Shown one piece after another: positions 46,901 to 55,538 of a DNA stretch of 64,000 nucleotides. The position numbers were made by a program, and so were the translations under genes. Location: assembly GCA_905235085.1 (NCBI GenBank), contig CAJOKD010000012.1, positions 8,308 to 72,307 on the forward strand, in the 5' to 3' direction. This DNA comes from an uncultured Bacteroidales bacterium. Its GTDB lineage: Bacteria > Bacteroidota > Bacteroidia > Bacteroidales > UBA932. A model generated the notes under the pieces. It made no database searches, was not told the DNA's origin, and saw nothing but the letters and a program-made list of their open reading frames with translations. Within the stretch, counting starts at the first letter, position 1, and each line of letters begins with the position of its first letter.

Positions 46901-47349
46901 ACCGCGGAGCACCTGCAACTGCTGTCTTCGACCGGCTCGCTTCCTACACCGAAAACGAGGATGAAGGGATACGGTACTTCTCCGGCACGGCGGTTTACTG
47001 CAACACTTTCGACCTGAAGATGAAGGACCTTAAGAGAGCGAAGAAGATACTCCTCAGCCTGGGAGAAGTGAAGGATATCGCGGAGGTGAAGGTAAACGGA
47101 GTCGACTTGGGAACCTTCTGGGATGATCCGTTCCTGGTCGATGCCACCAAGGCCGTGCGGAAGGGCCGCAATTCACTTGAGATAACAGTTGCCAACGTAT
47201 GGCATAACAGGCTTGTAGGAGACATCCAGCCTGGAGTGAAGAAGAGGATCACCTTCACTCAGATGGAGTTCTTCAAACCCGGAGAGCCTCTGCTTCCGGC
47301 CGGCTTGATCGGGCCTGTAAGGGTACTTGCCGGAGCTGCTTCGGAATAG
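43984..47349 (+). CDS. Large secreted glycoside hydrolase, GH106-like (alpha-L-rhamnosidase-type family)
   Basis: A signal peptide is followed by the family-typical N-terminus FQSPPKESRPRVWWHWMNGNITKDGIRKDLQWMKDAGIAG. The protein is 1121 aa. The family assignment is from memory and was not searched. Confidence 0.6.
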   Translation: MHPKTIFSLAAALAAFISVPSAAQSVKDLQQGFQSPPKESRPRVWWHWMNGNITKDGIRKDLQWMKDAGIAGFHNFDAGLETPLIVSHKVEYMTPEWKDCFSYAIDLADSLDLEVTIAASPGWSETGGPWVKPENSMKKLVWRQIDVVGEAPKAVRGRKAKPAEPSVIILPEGFDNTGKFQDWPLALTDKDLESLENKFHSLKFYRDIAVLAVKLCDSDIDFSRLEPSVRTSGTYPEDGKQIEGKALYCRLNGDRVGNPLTVNPDKDGWSWIEYGFEEPQTVRSVIVTEKKARGGENDLTRELQVSDDGISWKTAVRLGYQATRQKTYSFPGITAKFFRVRFKDTEKGGNCPFCVSQFILSSVNRIQLAGDKAGNLFYRLLSLETTPQTTEAARLEDVVDLTGKVKDGVLTWVVPEGRWRIFRFGYSLTGKTNHPSSPEATGLEVDKLDPDAVTGYLEAYLDTYRDASGGRLGGRGIQYLLTDSYEAGPQTWTENIAAEFRQRKGYDLLPWLPALTGMILGSTDETERFLFDWRRTLGDMMSEYHYDIQNKVLAKYGMGRYTESHENYRANLTDGMDCKRYAEIPMSAFWMQYKQGKIFTSRFEADIRESASVAHIYGQNIAAAESFTADGFRDGAWVYSPAVLKPTADAAMASGLNRFVIHCSAHQPVDDKVPGLGLGKYGQWFNRHQTWAGQARSWTDYLSRSCFLLQQGRFVADIALYYGEDNNVTGLYLSKGPDMPEGYAYDYFSPDVLLHKAEAKDGLITVPTGMKYRILYLDPNVRYMSMEILRKIKCLADAGITICGSKPEKMAGNQGDPEEFDAIVKDIWESGRKNVSSGIPAGKVLESIGVEPDFVFSSKDDPDVRFVHRNTGPGDIYWVTNLSDNPLKMEASFRVTGKKPVLWHAEDGSSKPVSYSIGSGRTSVALNLARHQSVFVMFLEDAGKDELQSMLPKEVLTQVTEIPTPWTVSFQENRGAPATAVFDRLASYTENEDEGIRYFSGTAVYCNTFDLKMKDLKRAKKILLSLGEVKDIAEVKVNGVDLGTFWDDPFLVDATKAVRKGRNSLEITVANVWHNRLVGDIQPGVKKRITFTQMEFFKPGEPLLPAGLIGPVRVLAGAASE

Positions 47350-47385
47350 GGAGACAACGATTTATCCTAACTTTGGATTTGACAT

Positions 47386-49050
47386 ATGAACAAGATTTAC
47401 TGCAAGAACACGGGCACCTTCAAGGAATTCAAGGAAGGGACCTCTTTGTTGGATATAGCCGGAGCTTTCGAGTTCGACAAACCTTACCCCATACTCGCCG
47501 CCAAGGTCAACAACGTCACTGAGGGGCTGCGATTCAGGGTATATCACAACCTGGACGTTGAGTTCCTCGACTACCGCACCTATTCCGGGCGCAATTACTA
47601 TTGCAGGTCCCTCTGTTTCCTGCTTTACAGCGCCGTCCGCGACCTGTTCCCGAAGAGCTGCCTTAGGATCCGGAGACCTATCTCCAAAGGGTATTACTGC
47701 TCGGTCGACAAAGGCGACGGTACTCCCCTTACCGAGTCCGATGCCGAGGCCATACGCACCAGGATGCGCAAGACTGTAGAGGCTGATGTCCCTTTCAGGC
47801 GCCACGAGGCCCAGGTCGGTGATGCGATCGAGAAATTCCGACGCAGCGGCAACCTGGACAAGGTGAAACTGCTCGAGACCTGCGGAGAGGTCTATATCAC
47901 GTATTACACCCTGGGGGATACATCCGACTATTATTACGACGAACTCGTACCCAGTGCCGGCTACCTCAAGACTTGGAGCGTGGACCTGTACAAGGGAGGA
48001 CTTCTGATGAGGGTTCCTGACCGTCATCATCCGGAAGACCTGGCTCCGTTCTTCGAGCAACCCAAGACTTTCGAGGTATTCAAGGAGCTGGACAAATGGA
48101 ACTCGATAATGAACCTGCGCAACGTGGGGGATGTGAACGAGTCCATCCTCAAGGGAAGCGCCACGGACCTCATCCAGATAGCAGAAGCCCTGCAGGAGAA
48201 GAAAATCGTCCAGATTGCCGAGGACATCGACAGGCGTCACGACGATCCCGAGTCTCCGGTCAGGCTGGTCCTCATCACGGGTCCTACCAGCAGCGGCAAG
48301 AGCACGTTCTGCAAGAGGCTCAGCGTCCAGCTCAAAGCTTGCGGCTTGCATCCGATATCCTTCTCGACCGACGACTATTTCGTCAACCGGCTGGATACAC
48401 CGAGACTGCCTGACGGGTCCTTCGATTTCGACAATTTCGACACGGTGGACCACGATTACCTGCAGAAAGACCTCGTCAAGCTACTACGGGGAGAAGAGGT
48501 GGAAGTACCTGAATTCAACTTCGTTACGGGACTCAGGGAATTCAACGGGAAGAAGCTGAGATTGGGAGAGCGGTCAGTATTGCTCATCGAAGGCATACAC
48601 GCCTTGAATCCGAAACTTACCGAACTGGTTCCTGAAAGGGAGAAGTACCGGATATTCATAAACACCATCACCTCGATATCTCTGGACGACCACAACTGCA
48701 TCCCTACCAGCGACAACCGGCTGCTCAGGAGGATCATCAGGGATTTCCTGAAAGGTGCTTTCACCGCCCAGGAGACAATATCCAACTGGCCGAATATCCG
48801 TCGGGCGGAGGTGAGGTGGATATATCCGTTCCAGGAAGATGCAGACGTGCTGTTCAACTCATCCTACCTGATCGAGTTCGCCGTCCTGCGGACACACGCC
48901 GAAAGGATACTTGCAACCGTCCCTAAGAATTGCAAGGAATACAGCGAAGCTCACAGGCTGCTCAAGTTCCTGCACTACTTCGTCCCGGTATCAGACAAGG
49001 AAATACCTTCCACTTCCCTTCTCCGCGGTTTCATCGGATACGGGAACTAG
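47386..49050 (+). CDS. Nucleoside (uridine-type) kinase with N-terminal TGS-like domain
   Basis: It has a P-loop (LITGPTSSGKSTF) and a uridine-kinase-like C-terminal half (LLIEGIHALNP). At 554 aa it matches the Bacteroidales 'nucleoside kinase' type. Confidence 0.7.
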   Translation: MNKIYCKNTGTFKEFKEGTSLLDIAGAFEFDKPYPILAAKVNNVTEGLRFRVYHNLDVEFLDYRTYSGRNYYCRSLCFLLYSAVRDLFPKSCLRIRRPISKGYYCSVDKGDGTPLTESDAEAIRTRMRKTVEADVPFRRHEAQVGDAIEKFRRSGNLDKVKLLETCGEVYITYYTLGDTSDYYYDELVPSAGYLKTWSVDLYKGGLLMRVPDRHHPEDLAPFFEQPKTFEVFKELDKWNSIMNLRNVGDVNESILKGSATDLIQIAEALQEKKIVQIAEDIDRRHDDPESPVRLVLITGPTSSGKSTFCKRLSVQLKACGLHPISFSTDDYFVNRLDTPRLPDGSFDFDNFDTVDHDYLQKDLVKLLRGEEVEVPEFNFVTGLREFNGKKLRLGERSVLLIEGIHALNPKLTELVPEREKYRIFINTITSISLDDHNCIPTSDNRLLRRIIRDFLKGAFTAQETISNWPNIRRAEVRWIYPFQEDADVLFNSSYLIEFAVLRTHAERILATVPKNCKEYSEAHRLLKFLHYFVPVSDKEIPSTSLLRGFIGYGN

Positions 49051-49053
49051 GCA

Positions 49054-50730
49054 TCAATCCATCAGTTTCTTGTACTTGAACCGTTTGGGCTCTACATTGC
49101 CCAGACGGGCCTTCTTGTTCTCTTCGTACTCGGAATAGTTGCCATCGAAGAATACGACCTTCCCGTCGCCTTCGAATGCCAGCATATGGGTGGCGATCCT
49201 GTCCAGGAACCATCGGTCGTGACTTACGACCACGGCACATCCCGCGAAGTTCTCCAGACCGTCCTCTAAAGCACGTATCGTATTGACATCCACGTCGTTG
49301 GTAGGCTCGTCAAGAAGCAGGACGTTACCTTCATCCTTTAGGGTAAGAGCAAGGTGCAGGCGGTTCCTCTCGCCTCCTGACAGGACCCCGCACAGCTTTT
49401 CCTGGTCGGCTCCGGTGAAATTGAACCTGGACACCCAGGCCCTGGCGTTGATGTCCCGGTTGCCCAGGCGCACCCATTCGGAATTACCGGCTATGGTTTC
49501 GTATACCGTCTTGTCAGGGTCGATGCTCCTGTGCTGCTGGTCTACGTATGATATCTTGGCCGTCTCCCCGATCGTAATGGTGCCGGAGTCCGGCTTCTCA
49601 ACACCCATTATCAGTCGGAACAGGGTTGTCTTTCCAGCTCCGTTAGGGCCTATCACTCCCACTATGCCGGCAGGAGGAAGCTTGAAGGAGAGATGCTCGA
49701 ACAAGAGCTTGTCGCCATAGGCCTTGGAAACGTCATCGAACTCGATGACCTTGTTGCCGAGACGAGGGCCGTTTGGAATGTATATTTCCAAATTCTGCTC
49801 TTTCTCCTTGATGTCAGCTGCAGCCAGCTTCTCGTATGCTCCAAGACGTGCCTTCTGCTTGGCCTGGCGGGCTTTCGGGGCCATCCTGACCCATTCCAGC
49901 TCGTGTTCGAGAGTCTTGCGCCTCCGGCTTTCCTGCTTCTCCTCGAGAGCGAGCCGCTTCGTCTTCTGGTCAAGCCAGGAGCTGTAGTTGCCCTTCCAGG
50001 GGATTCCTTCTCCACGGTCCAGCTCCAGTATCCATCCGGCCACATTATCCAGGAAATACCGGTCGTGGGTCACGGCGATGACAGTGCCTTTATACTGACG
50101 GAGATGAGCCTCGAGCCACTGTATGCTTTCTGCGTCCAGATGGTTGGTTGGCTCGTCGAGCAAGAGGACGTCAGGCTGACGGAGCAGCAGGCGGCACAGG
50201 GCCACACGCCTCCTCTCTCCTCCCGACAGGGTGGAGACCAAAGCCTCGGACGGAGGACAGTTCAAAGCATCCATAGCCCTTTCCAACTTAGAATCCAGTT
50301 CCCACCCGCCCAGATGGTCGATCATCTCGGAAAGTTCGCCCTGGCGCTCGATGAGCGCGTTCATCTGCTCGTCGCTCATCGGCTCCATAAACTTCATCGA
50401 TATCTCATTGTATTCATTGAGGACATCCACGGTCTCCTGGACTCCTTCCTGAACCACTTCGAGGACAGTCTTGGAAGGATCCATCTGGGGCTCCTGCTCA
50501 AGGTACCCTACGGAATATCCGGGAGCCCAGACCACTTCACCCTTGTACGATTTCTCGACTCCGGCTATGATCTTCAGCAGGGTGGACTTGCCCGACCCGT
50601 TCAGACCGATTATTCCGATCTTGGCCCCGTAGAAGAAAGACAGGTAGATGTCCTTGAGGATCACCTTGTTGTTGTTCGGCAGGGTCTTCCCTACACCGCA
50701 CATTGAAAAGATAATGGTCTCGTCTGCCAT
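49054..50730 (-). CDS. ettA: Energy-dependent translational throttle ABC-F protein
   Basis: It has two ABC cassettes (GLNGSGKST/LSGGERRR and GPNGAGKTT/LSGGERNR), no TM domain and is 558 aa. Confidence 0.92.
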   Translation of the reverse strand: MADETIIFSMCGVGKTLPNNNKVILKDIYLSFFYGAKIGIIGLNGSGKSTLLKIIAGVEKSYKGEVVWAPGYSVGYLEQEPQMDPSKTVLEVVQEGVQETVDVLNEYNEISMKFMEPMSDEQMNALIERQGELSEMIDHLGGWELDSKLERAMDALNCPPSEALVSTLSGGERRRVALCRLLLRQPDVLLLDEPTNHLDAESIQWLEAHLRQYKGTVIAVTHDRYFLDNVAGWILELDRGEGIPWKGNYSSWLDQKTKRLALEEKQESRRRKTLEHELEWVRMAPKARQAKQKARLGAYEKLAAADIKEKEQNLEIYIPNGPRLGNKVIEFDDVSKAYGDKLLFEHLSFKLPPAGIVGVIGPNGAGKTTLFRLIMGVEKPDSGTITIGETAKISYVDQQHRSIDPDKTVYETIAGNSEWVRLGNRDINARAWVSRFNFTGADQEKLCGVLSGGERNRLHLALTLKDEGNVLLLDEPTNDVDVNTIRALEDGLENFAGCAVVVSHDRWFLDRIATHMLAFEGDGKVVFFDGNYSEYEENKKARLGNVEPKRFKYKKLMD

Positions 50731-50763
50731 AAGGAGATGGATTAGGTTGTCAGGGATCAGGGA

Positions 50764-51513
50764 TCACTGCATCTGGCGGATCCGCACTTCGATGGAAGAA
50801 TCGGCCAGGGAGTCCGCTACCTGGCGTACAGGTGTATCGCTGTAATGGTAAGGATAGAGGATTCGCGGACGGATAAGTCTGGCAGCATCGAGACACTGTC
50901 CCACAGTCATCGTATATGGCTGGTTTACAGGCAGGAAGGCCACGTCCAGGTGCTCATCGGCGAGGGCGGCCATCTCAGGGATAAGCTCCGTGTCACCGGC
51001 CACATAGACCTTCAGACCACCTATCGTCAGGACATATCCTACTCCCAAACCCCTAGGATGGAATCTCAAATGGTCTTCGGTGGTATTGTAAGCCGGTACG
51101 ACATCGACACGCACGAAATCTTCCACCTCGAAGGAATCACCTTCGGCAACGACCTCTCCGAATCCGAGCTTATCGAAGGAGCCCTGTGGCAGAAGCACGC
51201 GGGTCCCTCCCTTCTGCAAGGTCTTGACGGCATCGGCATCCAGGTGGTCAAAATGCTCGTGTGTGACCAGGATCAGGTCCGCCTTAGGGAACTTGGAATA
51301 ATCTATGGTCATCCCATCCTGCTTGGAGACAGGATCGATCTGGATATGGAAATCATTGTAATCCAGCGCAAGGGAACCGTGCTTGATGAACACTATCCCG
51401 ACTTCTCCGCCGGATGGAGCGGCAATCTTGTCGGTTTCGTATGGCAGGGCGGCTTTCTTGCCGCAGGAGAAAAACGGAAACATCACAATCAATAATAACA
51501 GTATTCTTTTCAT
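50764..51513 (-). CDS. MBL-fold metallo-hydrolase lipoprotein
   Basis: Lipobox FFSC, with the metallo-beta-lactamase motif THEHFDH. Confidence 0.75.
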   Translation of the reverse strand: MKRILLLLIVMFPFFSCGKKAALPYETDKIAAPSGGEVGIVFIKHGSLALDYNDFHIQIDPVSKQDGMTIDYSKFPKADLILVTHEHFDHLDADAVKTLQKGGTRVLLPQGSFDKLGFGEVVAEGDSFEVEDFVRVDVVPAYNTTEDHLRFHPRGLGVGYVLTIGGLKVYVAGDTELIPEMAALADEHLDVAFLPVNQPYTMTVGQCLDAARLIRPRILYPYHYSDTPVRQVADSLADSSIEVRIRQMQ

Positions 51514-51547
51514 AAAGACTAATTTGCTCTAAAATACGAAAAAATAT

Positions 51548-51555
51548 TATATTTG
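51548..51555 (+). promoter_or_regulatory. Bacteroidota -7 box (TATATTTG) upstream of the DUF4491 gene
   Basis: Matches TAnnTTTG, 21 nt before ATG 51576. This argues against the GTG start at 51555 in the ORF track. Confidence 0.45.
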
Positions 51556-51575
51556 TGTACTTAACAAATCCCAGA

Positions 51576-51893
51576 ATGAATTTTGAAGGAATCATCGTGG
51601 GTGCCGCAGTCTTCCTGATAATCGGGCTGTGCCATCCGGTGACGATAAAACTTGAATATCACTTCGGAAAGAAAGGCGCCTGGTTTTTCGCCGTCGCAGG
51701 TCTGGTCTGCGCTGCCGCCTCACTGTTCATAATGCACCATACGGTTTCCACTATCCTTGCCGCTTTTTCTTTTTCTTGTTTCTGGGGCATCCGAGAGGTA
51801 TTCCAGCAGGAGAAACGCGTTCTGAGAGGCTGGTTTCCGGAGAATCCCACCCGTCACGAATATTACGAAAACCTGAGAAAGAAATATCTGTAA
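51576..51893 (+). CDS. Small membrane protein, DUF4491-like
   Basis: MNFEGIIVGAAVFLIIGLCHPVTIKLEYHFG...FWGIREVFQQEKRVLRGWFPENP resembles the DUF4491 family as I recall it. Confidence 0.65.
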   Translation: MNFEGIIVGAAVFLIIGLCHPVTIKLEYHFGKKGAWFFAVAGLVCAAASLFIMHHTVSTILAAFSFSCFWGIREVFQQEKRVLRGWFPENPTRHEYYENLRKKYL

Positions 51894-51904
51894 CATAATA
51901 TCCA

Positions 51905-53866
51905 ATGATTATCGTCTTGAAACTACTGGGCTCGATAGCCCTTCTCATATACGGAATGAAGGTTATGAGCGAAGCTCTCCAGAAAATGGCGGGCCCTCAG
52001 CTGCGACACCTTCTGGGAGCAATGACTACGAACCGTCTGTCCGGTGTGGCTACCGGTGCTCTCGTAACTGTAGCCGTGCAGTCTTCCGCTGCGACCACCG
52101 TAATGACCGTGTCGTTCGTGAACGCTGCCTTGCTCACGCTCGCACAGGCCATATCCGTCATTATGGGAGCCAATATCGGTACCACAATCAGCGCGTGGAT
52201 CATGTCGGCCGGTTTCTCGTTCAACATAGCCACCCTGGTCTGGCCTGCTTTCCTTGTGGGAATCATACTCATTCAGATCGGAAAACACCGCTATGTGGGT
52301 GATCTCCTGTTCGGTCTGGCCTTCCTGCTCTTCGCCCTGGCGATGCTCAAGGACGCCGGTAACGAAATGGATCTGGCCAGCAAACCGGCTGTAGTCGCCT
52401 TCTTCGCAAGTTTCAAGACCAATTACGGAACTATACTGCTCTTCCTCCTCATCGGCTCCGTCCTCACCGCGATGGTACAGAGTTCGGCCGCACTTATGGC
52501 CATCACTATGGTACTCTGCACGACCGGAGCGATAACGATATTCCAGGGTATCGCTCTGGTTATGGGAGAGAACATCGGTACCACGCTGACAGCCAACCTC
52601 GCGGCGATGGGGGCAAATACCCAGGCCCGTAGGGCAGCTCTTGCCCACTTGGTATTCAACGTATTCGGTGTACTCTGGGTGCTCATACTGTTCTTCCCGT
52701 TCGTGAAGATGGTTTGCGGAATAGTAGGAATTGATCCTACCGATCCTTCACAGGATCCGACAAGGCTGTCCTTCGCCCTGGCTACCTTCCATACCGCTTT
52801 CAACGTAATCAACACCGCGATCCTCATAGGCTTCATCCCGCAGATCGAGAAATTCGTCTGCAAGCTCATCCCTACGAAAAAGACCGATTTGGAAGACGAA
52901 TTCCGTCTCCAGTACATCCGTGCCGGTATTATGAAGACTCCGGAAATCTCCGTCCTTCAGGCCCAGAAGGAAATAGTGGTCTTCGGAGAGAAGATGGAGA
53001 AGATGTTCTCCCTACTGAAGGAGCTTTATTCCACCACGGATGAGAAGTCTTTCCTGAAGCTTTTCGAGAGGATTGAGAAATACGAGGATATGAGCGACAA
53101 GATGGAAGGCGAGATCGCCCGCTATCTCAGCGAGGTTGGATATTCCCATCTGTCCGATGACACCAAATCGAAGATCCGGTCGATGCTCCGCCAGATTGGA
53201 GAATTGGAGAGTATCGGCGACAGTTTCTTCTGCATTGCCCGAATCCTCAGGCGCGGACGTGAGAACAAGGTGGAATACACAGAAGAGCAGACAGAGGGTG
53301 GACGCGAGATGTACAAACTCGTGGAAGATGCCTTGCACCAGATGAATTTCGCACTGGCCAACCGCAAGGAAGATGTCCAGCTTTCCGCTTCCGTAGAAAT
53401 CGAAAAGCGGATTAATGAATGCCGCAACCTCTGGAGAGCACGCAACGTCGAGAATGTTGACAACCATATTTACGGATATAGCAGCGGAAGTGTATTCACA
53501 GACCTGATCAACGAGTGTGAAAAGACGGGAGACTTTATCATGAACGTAGTCGAGGCACGCCTCGGTGTCGTCCGAAACGGTATCCGTATAAAAGGCATCC
53601 AGATAGACACTGACAGCAAGTTGGTTTCTGTGGACAATACGACGGTTTCTTTCACAAGGACGGACTACGAGCTCCTCAAGCTCCTGGCTTCGAACCCGGG
53701 CAAGGTGTTCACCAGGGAAGAAATCCTAAAGGAAGCCTGGCCTGACGACGAGATTGTCTCAGGAAAGACCGTCGATGCCACCATCGCCCGTATCCGCCGC
53801 AAGATCGGGCAGTATGCGTCCTGCATCGCCGGAGACAGCGTTTCAGGCTATTCATTCCAGGAATAA
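51905..53866 (+). CDS. Na/Pi-cotransporter family protein with PhoU-like region and a C-terminal OmpR/PhoB-type winged-helix DNA-binding domain
   Basis: Two Na_Pi_cotrans repeats are present (MGANIGTT, MGENIGTT). A PhoU-like helical region follows (IGELESIGDSF, ECEKTGDFIMNVVEA). The last 95 aa read IRIKGIQIDTDSKLVSVDNTTVSFTRTDYELLKLLASNPGKVFTREEILKEAWPDDEIVSGKTVDATIARIRRKIG...SGYSF. Confidence 0.85.
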   Translation: MIIVLKLLGSIALLIYGMKVMSEALQKMAGPQLRHLLGAMTTNRLSGVATGALVTVAVQSSAATTVMTVSFVNAALLTLAQAISVIMGANIGTTISAWIMSAGFSFNIATLVWPAFLVGIILIQIGKHRYVGDLLFGLAFLLFALAMLKDAGNEMDLASKPAVVAFFASFKTNYGTILLFLLIGSVLTAMVQSSAALMAITMVLCTTGAITIFQGIALVMGENIGTTLTANLAAMGANTQARRAALAHLVFNVFGVLWVLILFFPFVKMVCGIVGIDPTDPSQDPTRLSFALATFHTAFNVINTAILIGFIPQIEKFVCKLIPTKKTDLEDEFRLQYIRAGIMKTPEISVLQAQKEIVVFGEKMEKMFSLLKELYSTTDEKSFLKLFERIEKYEDMSDKMEGEIARYLSEVGYSHLSDDTKSKIRSMLRQIGELESIGDSFFCIARILRRGRENKVEYTEEQTEGGREMYKLVEDALHQMNFALANRKEDVQLSASVEIEKRINECRNLWRARNVENVDNHIYGYSSGSVFTDLINECEKTGDFIMNVVEARLGVVRNGIRIKGIQIDTDSKLVSVDNTTVSFTRTDYELLKLLASNPGKVFTREEILKEAWPDDEIVSGKTVDATIARIRRKIGQYASCIAGDSVSGYSFQE

Positions 53867-53881
53867 ACAACTCTTCTGAAT

Positions 53882-55075
53882 ATGACAAGATTAGCTTTAT
53901 TTGTCGCAGTTCTTCTCTCAGGAACTGCCTGCTTCGCTCAACAAGCCCTGTGGGGTGGAGCCCAGATAGAATCCCCGGTCATCAACGACAACGGAACGGT
54001 AACTTTCAGGTGCGTTGCTCCCAAGGCCGTGAAAGTCCAGGTTACAGGAGACTTCCTTCCTACCAGGAAGGTCCAGACCGAATGGGGAGAATTCGATGCC
54101 CCCGGCGTGGGTGAATTCACCGAAGGAAAGAACGGACTCTGGGAATATACTACCCCTGAAGCGGTCGCCCCGGAGCTCTATCTCTACAACCTGATCATAG
54201 ACGGGAACCAGACCCTCGACTTCAACAATATGTGGATTAACCGGGATGTGAGCACCATCAACAATATGTTCCTGGTCCCAGGCGGGAGATCCGACTACTA
54301 TGCTGTCAGGAACGTCCCGCACGGAACAGTCTCAAAGGTCTGGTATCCTTGCACCTTGACCAAGAACAACAGGAGGATGACGGTCTACACTCCGGCAGGC
54401 TACAATCCTACCGGCAAGACCCGTTATCCGGTGGTTTATATCCTTCACGGTGCCGGAGGTGACGAAGATGCCTGGGTTACCGAAGGCCGCGCCTCACAGA
54501 TACTAGACAATATGATCGCCGAAGGCAGGTGCAAGCCTATGATAGCCGTATTTACCAACGGAAACATATCCCAGGAAGCCGCTCCTCTCGAGAATTCCAC
54601 CGGCTATGTAAGGCCAGTGTTCCGCCAGGAGAAGCAGATGGAAGGCTCGTTCGAAGAGACTTTCCCTGAGATTGTCAAGTACATAGACAGCCATTACAAG
54701 ACTTTGGCCAACAAGAAGAACCGCGCAATCTGCGGTCTTTCGATGGGTGGATTCCATACAATGTACATCTCGCTGAACTATCCGGACTTGTTCAACTATT
54801 CGGGTATGTTCTCCGCCGCGGTGGGGGTAAGCGATCCCAAGATTTCTCCTCTCTACCAGGATGTGGACGCGAAGCTCGCCACATATTTCAGCAAGAAACC
54901 GGCCCTGCTGTGGATCGGGATCGGCAAGACCGACTTCCTCTACAATCAGAACGAGGAGCTTCGGGCAAAGCTGGATGCTGCAGGATATCCTTACACCTAC
55001 CTTGAGACTGACGGCGGGCATATCTGGAAAAACTGGAGGATATACCTGACTGAATTCCTTCCGAAGCTGTTCTAA
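53882..55075 (+). CDS. Secreted esterase (CE1/'putative esterase' family) with N-terminal Ig-like/CBM48-like domain
   Basis: It has a signal peptide, an E-set-like segment (VTFRCVAPKAVKVQVTGDF), the nucleophile elbow GLSMGG and a C-terminal GGH. Confidence 0.75.
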   Translation: MTRLALFVAVLLSGTACFAQQALWGGAQIESPVINDNGTVTFRCVAPKAVKVQVTGDFLPTRKVQTEWGEFDAPGVGEFTEGKNGLWEYTTPEAVAPELYLYNLIIDGNQTLDFNNMWINRDVSTINNMFLVPGGRSDYYAVRNVPHGTVSKVWYPCTLTKNNRRMTVYTPAGYNPTGKTRYPVVYILHGAGGDEDAWVTEGRASQILDNMIAEGRCKPMIAVFTNGNISQEAAPLENSTGYVRPVFRQEKQMEGSFEETFPEIVKYIDSHYKTLANKKNRAICGLSMGGFHTMYISLNYPDLFNYSGMFSAAVGVSDPKISPLYQDVDAKLATYFSKKPALLWIGIGKTDFLYNQNEELRAKLDAAGYPYTYLETDGGHIWKNWRIYLTEFLPKLF

Positions 55076-55090
55076 ACAATATTTCAAGAT

Positions 55091-55531
55091 ATGCGCCTTT
55101 TCAAATATATCCTTGCTGCGCTGATCGCTGCAGCTACGTTGGCAGCCTGTTCCGATGAAGGCAAGAACGTTCCCTTTACCGAAGCGAGGAACTATTTCGT
55201 CAGGAACGACGTCGTCCTGCCGCTCGTATCTCCGGTCATCGAATCCCAGGCTCAGCTCGACAGCCTTTTCGGGATGGCCGCGGTAATGGGCAGGAACGGG
55301 AGGCCAACTGACATAGATTTCAGCAGGGAGTTCTGCGTCGCCTACGTGGTCCCTCCGACCGATACCCTGACCGAAATCGTGCCGGTGGCAGTGACATCCA
55401 AGGGACAGGAGCTGACCTGCACTTTCGAAATCAGGAAGGGAGACCCGATCACCTGGACCATCCAACCTTTCAGCCTCATAGTCATAGACAGAAGCTACCA
55501 CAAGAAGCAAGTCAAAGTAAAGGTCGACTGA
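55091..55531 (+). CDS. Hypothetical lipoprotein (146 aa)
   Basis: Lipobox TLAACS. Its composition looks coding and it is tightly packed between the two esterase genes. I recognise no family. Confidence 0.55.
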   Translation: MRLFKYILAALIAAATLAACSDEGKNVPFTEARNYFVRNDVVLPLVSPVIESQAQLDSLFGMAAVMGRNGRPTDIDFSREFCVAYVVPPTDTLTEIVPVAVTSKGQELTCTFEIRKGDPITWTIQPFSLIVIDRSYHKKQVKVKVD

Positions 55532-55538
55532 TTCCGTT

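Noticed and set aside
47362-48453. 363-aa ORF antisense to the 5' half of the nucleoside kinase gene.
   Set aside because: The sense ORF is continuous for 554 aa with a P-loop and a good start context. The antisense ORF has no motifs, and it would begin inside the kinase gene and end in the upstream intergenic gap.
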